A stretch of DNA of 64,000 nt from Candidatus Hydrogenedentota bacterium (GTDB taxonomy: Bacteria > Hydrogenedentota > Hydrogenedentia > Hydrogenedentales > SLHB01). Every line of letters begins with the position of its first letter. The first letter of the stretch is position 1. Of this stretch, positions 29,780-40,252 are shown piece by piece. The stretch spans positions 32,001-96,000 of the forward strand of contig CAVUWV010000027.1 in assembly GCA_963745075.1 (NCBI GenBank), given 5' to 3'. The position numbers and the translations under genes are program-made. A model generated the notes under the pieces. It was not told the DNA's origin and made no database searches. It saw only the letters and a list, made by a program, of their open reading frames with translations.

Positions 29780-30130
29780 GTGAAAAACAACGGAAAAAAC
29801 CAGAACTCCGCTTTGTCCGCAATTGCGCGGCACGAACGGGAATTGCTGGCCAAGCGCGAGCAAGCGGACCGGGATGCCGGCCGCCTGATTGCCGAGGCCC
29901 GCGCCGAAGCCCGCCGCATTGCGGAGCAAGAGGCCGAACGCCTCGCTACGGACGTTGCGGCCATCCGGAAAGAGGCCGAAGAAGTCCTGCACCAGGAACA
30001 ACTCGAGCAGCAGCAACAGGCGGAGCAGCGTCTGAACGAATTGCGGGCGGAAGCGCAAACCCGCGCGGAAGCAGTCGTTGCGGCCGTCGTGTCCCTTGTT
30101 CTACCCGCGGCTTCCGGAGGGCACCGATGA
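29780..30130 (+). CDS. V/A-type ATPase peripheral stalk subunit G/H
   Basis: Ala/Glu-rich coiled coil (IAEARAEARRI); first gene of the ATPase operon. Confidence 0.75.
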   Translation: MKNNGKNQNSALSAIARHERELLAKREQADRDAGRLIAEARAEARRIAEQEAERLATDVAAIRKEAEEVLHQEQLEQQQQAEQRLNELRAEAQTRAEAVVAAVVSLVLPAASGGHR

Positions 30131-32046
30131 TCGCACCAATGGACCGGCTCGAAATCGTCTGTATGCGCGAAACGCTGTCGGACATCGTCAATTTGCTTCA
30201 AAATGAAGGGCTTGTCCATATTGAAGAAGTCCCGCTGTCGGTTGCCGACGCGCCCGATTACCTCCGGCGGATTAGTTTGGGAAGCAACCAACAGCACGAA
30301 GCGGAATCACTCGAGCGGTTGTATCGCAGCCTGTCGGAAGTGGTGCCTCTGCTGGCGGTTAAGCCTCCGCAAACCGCAGTCGACGCGGCCGGCCATAGCC
30401 TGAAAGGCAAGACCGAGGCCGAGCTGAGCGACAGAGCCCACTCCTGGATCCGCGAATTGCGGTCATACACGCGCCGGCGCATCAACGTGCAAGACAACAT
30501 CGAGATTCTCACCAGTTTCCGGAAATCGCTCCAGGCCTTGGTGCCCCTGCTCGATGGTCGCGATATCGTTCTCGGTCACGATGCCCGCGCCTTCGTATTG
30601 AAGGGTGAAAGCGCGCGTGTCATCGGCCGCTTGAGCGAACGGTTGCGCGAACAAGTGGGAATCGAATCGCGCCTGGTCCACGAGAAGATTTCACGGAACG
30701 TCGTCGTCGGCGTCATCACCTATCCGCCCGCGCACGATGCTGCCGTCGCGAAACTGCTCAAAGACGAGCAAATCGCGCCAATGGAGCCGCCCGCAAAAGG
30801 CCTTGCCGGCGGAGGCCTCGAGGACGTGCTGCGGAAGGTCGACGAGGCCATCGCCAAGAATCAGGCGGACGAGGCCGAACTGGAAACGGAACGCCGCGCC
30901 CATTCCGAGGAGATCGGCCCTGAATTGATGGTAGTCGAGGCCAAGTTCTCGGATCGGATGTCGCAAATCTCCGCATTGGACCGGTTTGCCCAGAGCGAGA
31001 TGATCGGCGTCATTCACGGCTGGTCGCCTCGCGACGCTTCGGACGAGCTTATCAAGAAGCTGGATGAACGCTTTCCCGGGCAGACCTTGGTCAGCAAGCT
31101 GCCCTTCGGCGAAGTCGACATTCACGAAGTCCCCACGCAGCTTCGCAATCCCGGATGGCTCAAGCCGTTCGAGGTATTGTTGACCCTGTTCAGGCCCCCC
31201 GCGTACGGCACCATGGATGCCACCGCGCTCGTGGCCATTTCCTTTGTCATTTTCTACGGGTTTATTCTCGGAGACGTAGCCTACGGTATCGCGGTCGCCG
31301 CCTTCGGGTACTTTCTCAAGAAGAAATTCGGCCACATTCCCGCGGTGGACGCTGTTGGCACTGTTGCGTACTGGATGGCGGGCAGCACCATATTCTTCGG
31401 CGTTCTCTTTGGAGAGTTCTTCGGCGATTTCGGGGAACGATTCGGGATGCGGGTGCTTTGGTTTCACCGCGGGCACGAACCTATTGTTCTGATGCAATAT
31501 GCGATCGCTTTCGGGGCGATTCACGTTCCGCTCGCGTTGATACTCGGGATTCGGGCCGATTTGATCCATCACCATACCAAGCACGCCGCGGAGAAGTTTG
31601 CACTGTTGCTCGGCCTGCTCGGTATCGGGATTTTTGCGCTCGGCTTCTTTGGCGTCGGGATGTTCGACCACGCGTTCTTCAAGATGGTTTCTGGACTTTG
31701 CCTCGTTGCAATGATCGGAATCCTGGTCTGGGCTGCGGGAGCGATGGCGCCGATCATCGCTTTAGAGGTCGTTTCCCTCGTTGGAAACGTCCTGTCGTAT
31801 TGCCGTTTGATGGCACTCGGGCTGGCAGGCGTTCTCATCGCCGATCTGGCCAACGATATGGGCGGTGCGTTGGGATTGCTTTTGGGAGTCCCGCTGGCCC
31901 TGCTCGTACACACGTTTAATATCGGACTCGGCATGTTCAGTCCAACGATTCACTCCTTGCGCCTGAATTACGTCGAGTTTCTGCCAAAGTTCTATAAACC
32001 TGAAGGAAAAAGTTACCAACCGTTTAAGAAGGAGGCAACATGGTGA
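30127..32046 (+). CDS. V/A-type ATPase subunit I (a)
   Basis: PTQLRNP…KPFE, GFILGDVAYG, LSYCRLMALG, IHSLRLNYVEF…KFY. Confidence 0.95.
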   Translation: MIAPMDRLEIVCMRETLSDIVNLLQNEGLVHIEEVPLSVADAPDYLRRISLGSNQQHEAESLERLYRSLSEVVPLLAVKPPQTAVDAAGHSLKGKTEAELSDRAHSWIRELRSYTRRRINVQDNIEILTSFRKSLQALVPLLDGRDIVLGHDARAFVLKGESARVIGRLSERLREQVGIESRLVHEKISRNVVVGVITYPPAHDAAVAKLLKDEQIAPMEPPAKGLAGGGLEDVLRKVDEAIAKNQADEAELETERRAHSEEIGPELMVVEAKFSDRMSQISALDRFAQSEMIGVIHGWSPRDASDELIKKLDERFPGQTLVSKLPFGEVDIHEVPTQLRNPGWLKPFEVLLTLFRPPAYGTMDATALVAISFVIFYGFILGDVAYGIAVAAFGYFLKKKFGHIPAVDAVGTVAYWMAGSTIFFGVLFGEFFGDFGERFGMRVLWFHRGHEPIVLMQYAIAFGAIHVPLALILGIRADLIHHHTKHAAEKFALLLGLLGIGIFALGFFGVGMFDHAFFKMVSGLCLVAMIGILVWAAGAMAPIIALEVVSLVGNVLSYCRLMALGLAGVLIADLANDMGGALGLLLGVPLALLVHTFNIGLGMFSPTIHSLRLNYVEFLPKFYKPEGKSYQPFKKEATW

Positions 32047-32438
32047 CCTTGAGTAACACGAGCAAAAAGGCTGGCGTTTTCACGCTATTGCTGCTGGCCG
32101 GTATGCTGACAATCGCGCCGCTGTGTCTCGCCGCGGAAGGCGGCGCGAACGACGAAGAACTCAGCGTGGAGCAGCGCGAGATCACGCGGATCGAGCAAAC
32201 GACCGCGACGACCGGTGCGGGCCTTCGCGCTCTCGGCATGGCCCTTGGCGCGGGTATCGCAATCGCCGGCGCAGGGCTTGCCACGGGCCGTGCGCAGGCT
32301 GCGGTGGGCGCCGGCGGCGCGGGCGCGATCACGGAGAAGCCCGAACTGTTCGGTAATATCCTCATCCTTTTCGCCATTCCCGAAACCATCGTCGTATTCG
32401 GTTTCGTGATCGCAATCATGCTCATTTTGGCAATCTAA
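32040..32438 (+). CDS. V/A-type ATPase proteolipid subunit K/L (c)
   Basis: AQAAVGAGGAGAITEKPELFG…AIPETIVVFG; N-terminal signal-like extension. Confidence 0.93.
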   Translation: MVTLSNTSKKAGVFTLLLLAGMLTIAPLCLAAEGGANDEELSVEQREITRIEQTTATTGAGLRALGMALGAGIAIAGAGLATGRAQAAVGAGGAGAITEKPELFGNILILFAIPETIVVFGFVIAIMLILAI

Positions 32439-32451
32439 ACGTCCAGCCACG

Positions 32452-33042
32452 ATGCAACACGTCTTACTGGATACCATGGCCCGGCAGGTCGAGCAAGACT
32501 GCGAAGAGCGCCTTGCCGTGGCCCGAACGGAAGCCGAAGGGATCGTGACGGAAGCGCGCGACCGCGCGGCCAGGCGATACGCCGACACCATCGAACGCAC
32601 GAAGCGCGACGTGGGACGGCACGCGCAACGGGTCCGCGAACTCGCCGCATTGCAGGCAGGCCAGCAGGCCCACAGCATGAAGCAAGCGGTCGCCGATGAA
32701 GTTTTGCATTCGGTGGACGCGGCGCTGGCGCGGGTTGCGGAAGGTCCCGAGTTTCCCGGGATACTGGAAGCGCTGCTTCGCGAAGTCATGACGGTGGCGC
32801 CGCCGCAGGCGGAGGTCTTGACCCCGCCGGCTCACGTCGAGCGCTGCCGCCAATGGCTCGCGTCGAATGGGCACGCCGGGGTGCCCGTCGTGCCGAATGA
32901 CGCGTTGCGCGACGGAGTTGCCGTGCAGGACACCCAACGCAGCTTCCGCATCACCAACTCGTTATCCAGTCGCTTTGGGAAGCTTGAGAACGAAGCGCGC
33001 CAGGTCTGTCTGCGGCTGTTGTTCGGGGAAGGAGCGGAATGA
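32452..33042 (+). CDS. V/A-type ATPase subunit E
   Basis: Coiled-coil N-terminus; DGVAVQD…ITNSLSSR; operon position. Confidence 0.85.
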   Translation: MQHVLLDTMARQVEQDCEERLAVARTEAEGIVTEARDRAARRYADTIERTKRDVGRHAQRVRELAALQAGQQAHSMKQAVADEVLHSVDAALARVAEGPEFPGILEALLREVMTVAPPQAEVLTPPAHVERCRQWLASNGHAGVPVVPNDALRDGVAVQDTQRSFRITNSLSSRFGKLENEARQVCLRLLFGEGAE

Positions 33043-34100
33043 TGGATCGGCTTGAGACCATCGCTCCCTACGTCAATTCGCGCGTTGCGGGTATGCGCAG
33101 CCGTCTTATGACGCAAGCGCAGATGGAAGACCTTATCGACCTCGATGAGATTTCCCGTCTTGTCGACGACTTGATGAATTCACCTTACCAGGAAGATTTG
33201 GCAGAGGCCTTGACCCGCTTCAACGGGGCCGATGCGGTTGAAGAGGCCGTGTCTCGCAACCTGGTCAAAGCCTTCCAGACGCTGAAGACTTTGGGTCTGG
33301 AATCATTGAAGGATCTGGTCGACGTGTTCTTGCTGCGGTGGGATTTGGTCGCCGTCAAGTCGTTGCTGCGTTACCGGCACCACGACATCGACACGGATAC
33401 CGTTCTCGCGGAACTGCAGCCGGGGCCCAGCCTTACGGTCCCGTTGCTGCGATCCTTTGCCGAACGCGACACCATGCAGGATCTCGTTACCGCATTGGCG
33501 GGGTGGAACTCGAGGTTGTGTGGCGATCTGCTTCGCGTGTTCGACGAATACGAACGCGAGGGATCGGTTGCGGTGCTCGAAGAAGCGTTGGATCGCGCGT
33601 ACTTCGTGGATACCGTGAAATCCCTCAGCGCTTCGGACGACGAAGACTCGCAGATCCTCTGCACGGCCCTTCGCATGGAAATCGACCGAATTAACATTCG
33701 GACCCTGTTCCAGTTGAAAGAAGGCATTTCAACCGAGGAACTGGAAGCGCGGTTGCTGCCCAAAGGCACACTTCCGGGGCCCGCCTTGCAGGCCTTGATT
33801 CATGCACGCGATGCCGCGGGCGCCATGGAGATTCTGAATTCAACCGTTTACAGCACCCTGCGCGAAATGTTGTTCATGTTCGTGCAGTCGGCGCGGTTCA
33901 GCCCCATGGACCGTATGTTCGACTTGATCCTGATCCGGCATTTGGGCCGGCAGGCCCGCGTCCAATTTCTGAGCATCGCCGGCCTCATGCAATACGCCTG
34001 GCTGAAGTACAACGAGGCCGTCAACCTGCGGCTTATCGCGCGCGGTGAAGCCAATCGCCTGCCGCGGGGCCGGGTACGCGAGGAGATGATGTATGCCTAA
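33039..34100 (+). CDS. V/A-type ATPase subunit C (d)
   Basis: YVNSRVAGMRSRL, WDLVAVKSLLR, LDRAYF, EIDRINIRTL, EAVNLRLIARG. Confidence 0.92.
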   Translation: MMDRLETIAPYVNSRVAGMRSRLMTQAQMEDLIDLDEISRLVDDLMNSPYQEDLAEALTRFNGADAVEEAVSRNLVKAFQTLKTLGLESLKDLVDVFLLRWDLVAVKSLLRYRHHDIDTDTVLAELQPGPSLTVPLLRSFAERDTMQDLVTALAGWNSRLCGDLLRVFDEYEREGSVAVLEEALDRAYFVDTVKSLSASDDEDSQILCTALRMEIDRINIRTLFQLKEGISTEELEARLLPKGTLPGPALQALIHARDAAGAMEILNSTVYSTLREMLFMFVQSARFSPMDRMFDLILIRHLGRQARVQFLSIAGLMQYAWLKYNEAVNLRLIARGEANRLPRGRVREEMMYA

Positions 34101-34413
34101 GATCGCCGCCCTCGTCAAGGACAATACCGCGCTGAAACTCATGCTCGCGGGCATCCGGGTGGAAATCACACGCGATGCCGGCACCGCGGAATCGCGGTTG
34201 GACGAACTCCTCGAGAGTGACGCCGGCGTGGCGATCGTGCAGGAAGAGTTTCGCTCGCAATTCTCCGAATTCTTTACGGAGCGTTTGCGCCGGCACAAGG
34301 GTCTGCCGCTCATCGTGTATTGCCCGGCATTCGAGGAAGAAGAATCAAACGTTGACGCCTACCTGTCGGCCGTCTTGAAGCCCGCCGTAGGCTACGAAAT
34401 CAGATTGGAGTGA
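34093..34413 (+). CDS. V/A-type ATPase subunit F
   Basis: LAGI…, C-terminal AVGYEI; position between C and A. Confidence 0.85.
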   Translation: MPKIAALVKDNTALKLMLAGIRVEITRDAGTAESRLDELLESDAGVAIVQEEFRSQFSEFFTERLRRHKGLPLIVYCPAFEEEESNVDAYLSAVLKPAVGYEIRLE

Positions 34414-34417
34414 CGAA

Positions 34418-36208
34418 ATGCCCGCTACCGAACAAGAACTGACCGGTTCGATTACGCTGGTCTCCGGCCCCATGATTTCCGCCAGCAACATGCTCGGCGT
34501 CGCCATGGGCGAGATCCTGCGCGTCGGTAAGATGAACCTCATGGGCGAGGTTATCCGCATCGACAAAGATACGATTTTCGCGCAGGTCTTTGAGGACACC
34601 GGCGGGATGTTCCTGGGCGAACCCGTGGTCCCCACGGGCCTCCCCTTGTCGGTCGAACTGGGACCTGGCCTGCTGGGATCAACCTATGACGGGATCCAGC
34701 GTCCGCTCATTACGTTGCAGGAAAAGTCGGGCGACTTCATCGATCGCGGGCTGACCGCCGTGGCGCTCGACCGTGCAAAGAAGTGGACGTTTACACCGAC
34801 TGTATCCGTCGGTGATCCCGTGATTCCGGGAGACATTCTGGGCACGGTCCCGGAGACGCGTACTATCGAACACCGGGTTTTGGTACCACCGGACAAACAA
34901 GGCACCGTGAAGTCCATCGTCGCGGCCGGCGAATACACCGTGGAAGACGTGATCGCCACGCTGGACGATGGCACCGAATTGAAAATGATGCACTACTGGC
35001 CCGTGAAACGTCCTCGCCCCTTCGCCAAGAAGATGCGGACCGACCGCCCCTTCCTGACCGGCCAGCGGGTGTTGGACTGCCTGTTTCCCATCGCGCTGGG
35101 TGGCTCGGCGATCGTGCCGGGCGGCTTCGGCACCGGCAAGACCGTCGTGGAGCAGACGCTATCCAAATATTGCAACGCCGACATTATCATCTACGTGGGC
35201 TGTGGCGAACGCGGAAACGAGATGGCCGACGTGCTGGACGAATTCCCGCACCTCAAGGATCCGAAGACCGGCGACTCGCTGATGAACCGGACCGTGCTGG
35301 TCGTGAATACGTCGAACATGCCGGTGGCCGCACGCGATGCATCGGTATACACGGGCATCACCCTTGCCGAGTATTACCGCGACCAAGGATACGACGTCGC
35401 CATCATGGCGGACAGTACCTCTCGTTGGGCCGAGGCCTTGCGCGAGATTTCGTCACGCCTCGAGGAGATGCCTGGTGAAGAGGGCTATCCAACCTACCTC
35501 GCCGCCCGTATTTCCGAATTCTACGAACGCAGCGGCCGCGTTACGTGCAACGGCAGCGACGCCGCGGGCGAGAATCCGCGGTATGGGTCGTTGACGATCG
35601 TTGGCGCGGTATCGCCTCCCGGCGGCGACATGTCCGAACCGGTGACACAAACCTCGCAGCGTGTGGCCGGCGCCCTCTGGTCGCTCGACGCCTCGCTGGC
35701 CTATCGGCGTCACTATCCTGCCATCAACTGGAACCGAAGCTACTCGCTCTACTTCGCGGAGCTGGATCCGTGGTTTGAAGCGAACGCGCCCAAGACCTGG
35801 CGTCAGAATCGGCAGGCCATTGAGATGCTGATGCAGCGGGACGGCGAGTTGCAGGAAGTCGTCCAACTCGTTGGACCCGACGCGTTGCAGGATCAGGAGC
35901 GGCTCATTCTCGAAGCTGCTCGCATGATTCGCGAAGTGTTCCTCCAACAAAATGCTTTCTCGGACGACGACGCCTATTGCTCGCTCGAGAAGGGCGGAAC
36001 CCTACTCGATGCATTGGTCGAGTTCTACGAATCCGCGCGCAAAGTCCTCGAAGAGGGCATCACGCTGAACCGCGTTCTCGAACTTCCGGCCCGCGAAAGC
36101 ATCGCGCGTCTTCGGGAGGAATCGAACGAGACGGTCGTTGCGCGCCAGAAGGTTGTAATGGAAGAGCTGCGAGCGGCGCTCGCCGATCTCACATCGAGAA
36201 AAGGATAA
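34418..36208 (+). CDS. V/A-type ATPase catalytic subunit A
   Basis: PGGFGTGKT, VGCGERGNEM, NTSNMPVAAR, DSTSRWAEALREIS, GAVSPPGGD. Confidence 0.97.
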   Translation: MPATEQELTGSITLVSGPMISASNMLGVAMGEILRVGKMNLMGEVIRIDKDTIFAQVFEDTGGMFLGEPVVPTGLPLSVELGPGLLGSTYDGIQRPLITLQEKSGDFIDRGLTAVALDRAKKWTFTPTVSVGDPVIPGDILGTVPETRTIEHRVLVPPDKQGTVKSIVAAGEYTVEDVIATLDDGTELKMMHYWPVKRPRPFAKKMRTDRPFLTGQRVLDCLFPIALGGSAIVPGGFGTGKTVVEQTLSKYCNADIIIYVGCGERGNEMADVLDEFPHLKDPKTGDSLMNRTVLVVNTSNMPVAARDASVYTGITLAEYYRDQGYDVAIMADSTSRWAEALREISSRLEEMPGEEGYPTYLAARISEFYERSGRVTCNGSDAAGENPRYGSLTIVGAVSPPGGDMSEPVTQTSQRVAGALWSLDASLAYRRHYPAINWNRSYSLYFAELDPWFEANAPKTWRQNRQAIEMLMQRDGELQEVVQLVGPDALQDQERLILEAARMIREVFLQQNAFSDDDAYCSLEKGGTLLDALVEFYESARKVLEEGITLNRVLELPARESIARLREESNETVVARQKVVMEELRAALADLTSRKG

Positions 36209-36213
36209 CGCAC

Positions 36214-37659
36214 ATGGAAACCACCACGACAAGCCAGGGCGCTTCGGGCAGCCTGCTGCACAAGGAATACTGGGACCTGAACTACATCTCCGGTCCGCTC
36301 GTGTTCCTCGGCAACGGGGACCGGTTTGCCACCGGTGCCATTCTCGATCTCGTCGGGGAAAACGGTGAAGTGCGCCAGGGGCAGGTCCTGGAAGCGAGCA
36401 AGAAGCACGCCGTCGTTCAGGTCCTTCAAGGCACGCAGGGGCTCGACGTCAAGAGTATCTCAGTGTCGCTTAAGAAAGACACCGCCCGCGTTGGCTGTTC
36501 GAAAGAACTCATTGGCCGCAGTTTCAATGGCACGGGCGAGCCCATCGACGGGCTGCCGCCGATCGTTCCGGACAAGGAAATCGAAATCGCCGGTTCAGCG
36601 ATCAACCCCGTGTCGCGCGACAAACCAAACGACTTCATCGAAACCGGCCTGTCGACGATCGACGGGTTCAACACGCTCGTCCGCGGCCAGAAGCTGCCGA
36701 TCTTTTTCGGCGCCGGTCTTCCCGCCAACGAGGTGGCGAACATGATCGTGCAGCAGTCGTCCACCAAGGGTGAAAGCGAAGAGTTCGTCGTGGTGTTCGC
36801 GGCCATGGGGCTGACCGAACGGGAAGCCGCATACTTCCTTCGATCCTTTGAAGAAGGCGGCCAGGGCAGCCGGGTGGTCACGTTCATCAACAAAGCGAGC
36901 GACCCGGCGATCGAGCGTCTATTCGCGCCCCGCTGCGCGCTGACCGTCGCCGAGTATCTCGCGTTCGAGCACGACTATCAGGTGCTGGTCATCCTGACGG
37001 ATATGACCAGTTACTGCGAAGCACTGCGCCAGATTTCGAGCGCCCGCGAAGAAATCCCCGGCCGGCGCGGTTACCCGGGTTACATGTACACCGACTTATC
37101 CACCATCTACGAGCGTGCCGGGCGTATCCGCGGCCGCAAAGGGTCCGTGACCCAGGTGCCCATGCTGACGATGCCGGATGATGACATGACACACCCGATT
37201 CCGGACCTCACAGGGTACATCACGGAAGGCCAGATCGTGCTGTCGCGCGCTTTGCATCGTCAGGGCGTGTTTCCGCCGGTGGACCTGTTGCCGTGCCTGT
37301 CGCGGTTGATGAACAACGGTATCGGGGAAGGCCGCACCCGTGCCGACCACCGCGCGCTGGCGAACCAACTCTACGCGTCGTACGCCCAGGGGCGCGATGT
37401 GCGCAAGCTGATGGCCATCGTCGGTGAAGATGCCTTGAGCGAACTCGACAAGCGGTACTTGCGATTCGGTAACGAATTTGAAAAACAGATGATCGGCCAG
37501 GGAGAAACCCGCCGCACTATCGAAGACACGCTAGGTCTGGGATGGCGACTGCTCGGGTTACTGCCCCGAGACGAACTCACGCGTGTATCGAAAGACCAAG
37601 TCGATACGTACTACCGCGAATACGATGAGGACCTTGCCGGAGCCGGGGCCGCCGGATAA
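36214..37659 (+). CDS. V/A-type ATPase subunit B
   Basis: LVRGQKLPIF, LTDMTSYCEALR, PGRRGYPGYMYTDL, THPIPDLTGYITEGQI. Confidence 0.97.
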   Translation: METTTTSQGASGSLLHKEYWDLNYISGPLVFLGNGDRFATGAILDLVGENGEVRQGQVLEASKKHAVVQVLQGTQGLDVKSISVSLKKDTARVGCSKELIGRSFNGTGEPIDGLPPIVPDKEIEIAGSAINPVSRDKPNDFIETGLSTIDGFNTLVRGQKLPIFFGAGLPANEVANMIVQQSSTKGESEEFVVVFAAMGLTEREAAYFLRSFEEGGQGSRVVTFINKASDPAIERLFAPRCALTVAEYLAFEHDYQVLVILTDMTSYCEALRQISSAREEIPGRRGYPGYMYTDLSTIYERAGRIRGRKGSVTQVPMLTMPDDDMTHPIPDLTGYITEGQIVLSRALHRQGVFPPVDLLPCLSRLMNNGIGEGRTRADHRALANQLYASYAQGRDVRKLMAIVGEDALSELDKRYLRFGNEFEKQMIGQGETRRTIEDTLGLGWRLLGLLPRDELTRVSKDQVDTYYREYDEDLAGAGAAG

Positions 37660-37722
37660 CAGTCGCGCAGGGTTTCCGGAATCACCGGCGCCCGCGCATG
37701 ACGGAAGAATGGTAATCGTTTC

Positions 37723-38397
37723 ATGAGTTTGGACAGTGTATCTCCAACGCGGATGAACCTGCTGGCCCGAAAGGCCCAGATTAAGTTCGCGTCGGACGGC
37801 GTCCAGTTGCTGGAAGGGAAGCGCGAGGCGCTTCTAAAGGAACTTATCGAGCGCGCCCGGGAACTGCGAGCGCTCCGCAACGAACTTCACCAACTGGGCC
37901 GCAAAGCGGTCGTCGCCATGGCCATCGCGCGCGGCGTGCGCGGCACGGCGGAAGTCCGTTCCGCCGCCGTCGCGGGCCAGCGCGAGCTGAATCTCGACGT
38001 GAAGACGGAGAAGGTCTGGGGCTTGTCCCTCGGCGGCATCGACCAGTACGACGTCGTTCGTCAGCCGGCCGACCGCGGCGTCGGCCTGCTCGACGTCCCG
38101 TCGCAGATCATCGAAGCGTCCTACGCCTCCGAATCCATGGTCGCCCAGATGCTTGTCTGTGCGCCCAAAGAGCAGAATCTTCAGATCATCGGCGAAGAAG
38201 TTCGCAAGGTCAGCCGCCGGATCAACGCATTGAACGAATACTTGCTTCCCAAATTGCGGGAAGAAGTGCGTACCATTTCCCGAGTCCTTGACGAGCGTGA
38301 ACGCGAAGACACGTTCCGGCTTAAACGGATCAAGAAGAAGAAAGCCGATCAGGCCGCGGCCGAAGCTGAAGCCGAAGCAGCCGGAGAATTGTCGTAA
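37723..38397 (+). CDS. V/A-type ATPase subunit D
   Basis: SPTRMNLL, LLEGKREAL, RRINALNE, LDEREREDTFRLKRIK. Confidence 0.95.
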   Translation: MSLDSVSPTRMNLLARKAQIKFASDGVQLLEGKREALLKELIERARELRALRNELHQLGRKAVVAMAIARGVRGTAEVRSAAVAGQRELNLDVKTEKVWGLSLGGIDQYDVVRQPADRGVGLLDVPSQIIEASYASESMVAQMLVCAPKEQNLQIIGEEVRKVSRRINALNEYLLPKLREEVRTISRVLDEREREDTFRLKRIKKKKADQAAAEAEAEAAGELS

Positions 38398-38891
38398 TGC
38401 GCCTCAGCGATCTCCTGCATCGTGACGTCGTTTGTGTCAGCCTGAAGGGCTCCACCAAGACCGAAATCATCGAAGAACTGGTCGATGTCCTGGTGGATGC
38501 TCATGAGATTCCCTTGTCGATGCGGGACCACGCCCTTGACGCAGTCCTCGAACGGGAAACGCATCACAGCACCGGCATGGAGCGCGGCGTCGCCGTCCCG
38601 CACGGATACTCGGACCGCGTGGACGACGTGATCGGCGCCATCGGCATCGCGAAAGAAGGCATCCCCTTCGACAGTCTGGATGGTGTCGCGGCACGAGTTG
38701 TCGTGCTGCTCCTGCTGCCGCGCCGGACGTTTCACGACAATCCCCACACGATGGCCGGCATCGCATCCCTTCTCGACAACGCGGATCTGCGGGAGCGATT
38801 GAAGAAAGCCACATCCCCCGGCGACGTCATGCGCGTCATCGAGGAAGAAGAGGCCAAGGAAAACAACTACGGCACGACCGCCCGCATTTGA
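38397..38891 (+). CDS. PTS EIIA domain protein (PtsN/fructose type)
   Basis: LERE…STGMERGVAVPH, GIPFDSLDG. TAATG overlap with subunit D. Confidence 0.9.
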   Translation: MRLSDLLHRDVVCVSLKGSTKTEIIEELVDVLVDAHEIPLSMRDHALDAVLERETHHSTGMERGVAVPHGYSDRVDDVIGAIGIAKEGIPFDSLDGVAARVVVLLLLPRRTFHDNPHTMAGIASLLDNADLRERLKKATSPGDVMRVIEEEEAKENNYGTTARI

Positions 38892-39040
38892 CGTTTCGTT
38901 TACCTTTCCGGCAGCCCGCTGCGACTCCCATCGTTCGTGCGTTTCTGCGTTCGCCTGACCCCCCGAAACGTCGCACCCGCGCGCGTTCGTGCGGTATACT
39001 TTCCTCGCATAAACGGGGTACGAATGGGGAGTGGAACGAC

Positions 39041-40252
39041 GTGGTGCTACGGCTCACCAGCGCGCTAGGGTTGCTTGTGATGATCGCCATCGCCTGGGGG
39101 TTGTCCGAGCGCCGCAAGAGTATTCCGTGGCGGCTCGTGGCACTGGGCCTCGCACTTCAATTCGTGCTGGGCTTGCTCATTCTGACGACTCCGCTTCGGA
39201 CCGTCATTTTCGCCGGAATGCAGCGGGCGGTCGGCGTGCTAACGGACTCCGCCGTGACCGGCGCCGTCTTCGTTTTCGGGGATCTCGCCAAGAGTCCCGA
39301 GCAGTTCAATACCTTCTTCGCGTTTCGTGTCCTTCCCGTCATCATCTTCGTTTCCGCGCTGTCCGGGATTCTCTACCATCTGCGCGTAATTCCTGTAACG
39401 GTCGCGGCCATTGCCTGGCTCATGCGCCGCACCTTGAAGACGTCCGGCGCCGAAACCTTCGGGGCGGCTTTGCTCATTTTCCTGGGCATCGAATCCGCGT
39501 CGGCCATACGCACGTACCTGAAAGAGATGACGCGTTCGGAACTGTGCACGATCATGACCACCTTCATGGCAACCATCGCTGGGAGCGTCATGGTGACTTA
39601 TGCCTCCTTCGGCGCCGAACCGGGCCACCTACTAACGGCATCGCTGATGAGCGCTCCTGCCGCAATCGTCATTTCAAAAATGCTCGTGCCGGAGACGGGA
39701 AGCCCTCAGACGGCCGGTGACACCCCGGTGCGAATGGAAGTAGACACGCGGAATGTAATCGACGCCGCGACGCAGGGAACGTCGCAAGGATTGACCATGG
39801 CTTTGCAGGTGGCCGCGATGGTTCTCGTGTTTGTGGGGTTGATCTACATGCTCGACCTGGCGGCCTTGGCCATCGTCAAACACTCCTTTGTCGAACTACT
39901 CTCTTACGTCTTTCGCCCCTTCGCCTTCCTGCTCGGAGTGCCCCACGAAGATATCGCCAACGTTTCCACCCTCCTCGGAAAGAAGACCGTGTTGAATGAA
40001 TTCCTAGCTTACCTGGACCTGAGGGAAATGATCGCGAACGGTTCGATCTCGGACCGCGGCCGCACCATCGCTACGTACGCGTTGTGCGGATTCGCCAACC
40101 CCGGAAGCATGGCCATTGCCATTGCCGCGTTGGACGCGCTGGCCCCGGAACGCCGCGTGGACATCTCCCAACTTGCCGTGAAGTCCTTTATCGGTGGCAC
40201 GCTCGCCTGTTTCATGACCGCGTGCGTTGCCGGAATCGTTGTCTATGCCTGA
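39041..40252 (+). CDS. Concentrative nucleoside transporter (NupC/CNT family)
   Basis: [49 protein letters not shown]. Confidence 0.93.
   Translation: MVLRLTSALGLLVMIAIAWGLSERRKSIPWRLVALGLALQFVLGLLILTTPLRTVIFAGMQRAVGVLTDSAVTGAVFVFGDLAKSPEQFNTFFAFRVLPVIIFVSALSGILYHLRVIPVTVAAIAWLMRRTLKTSGAETFGAALLIFLGIESASAIRTYLKEMTRSELCTIMTTFMATIAGSVMVTYASFGAEPGHLLTASLMSAPAAIVISKMLVPETGSPQTAGDTPVRMEVDTRNVIDAATQGTSQGLTMALQVAAMVLVFVGLIYMLDLAALAIVKHSFVELLSYVFRPFAFLLGVPHEDIANVSTLLGKKTVLNEFLAYLDLREMIANGSISDRGRTIATYALCGFANPGSMAIAIAALDALAPERRVDISQLAVKSFIGGTLACFMTACVAGIVVYA

Noticed and set aside
32040..32438. Novel N-terminal extension or Na+ specificity of the ATPase c subunit
   Set aside because: The signal-like extension, the PET motif and the G-I-L-E-C-F-A-B-D order all resemble the known Thermus-type V/A-ATPase. 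Ion specificity cannot be called from this motif.
38892..39040. TPP riboswitch upstream of nupC-thiD
   Set aside because: No CTGAGA or ACCTGA core was found; only a possible -10 element (TATACT).
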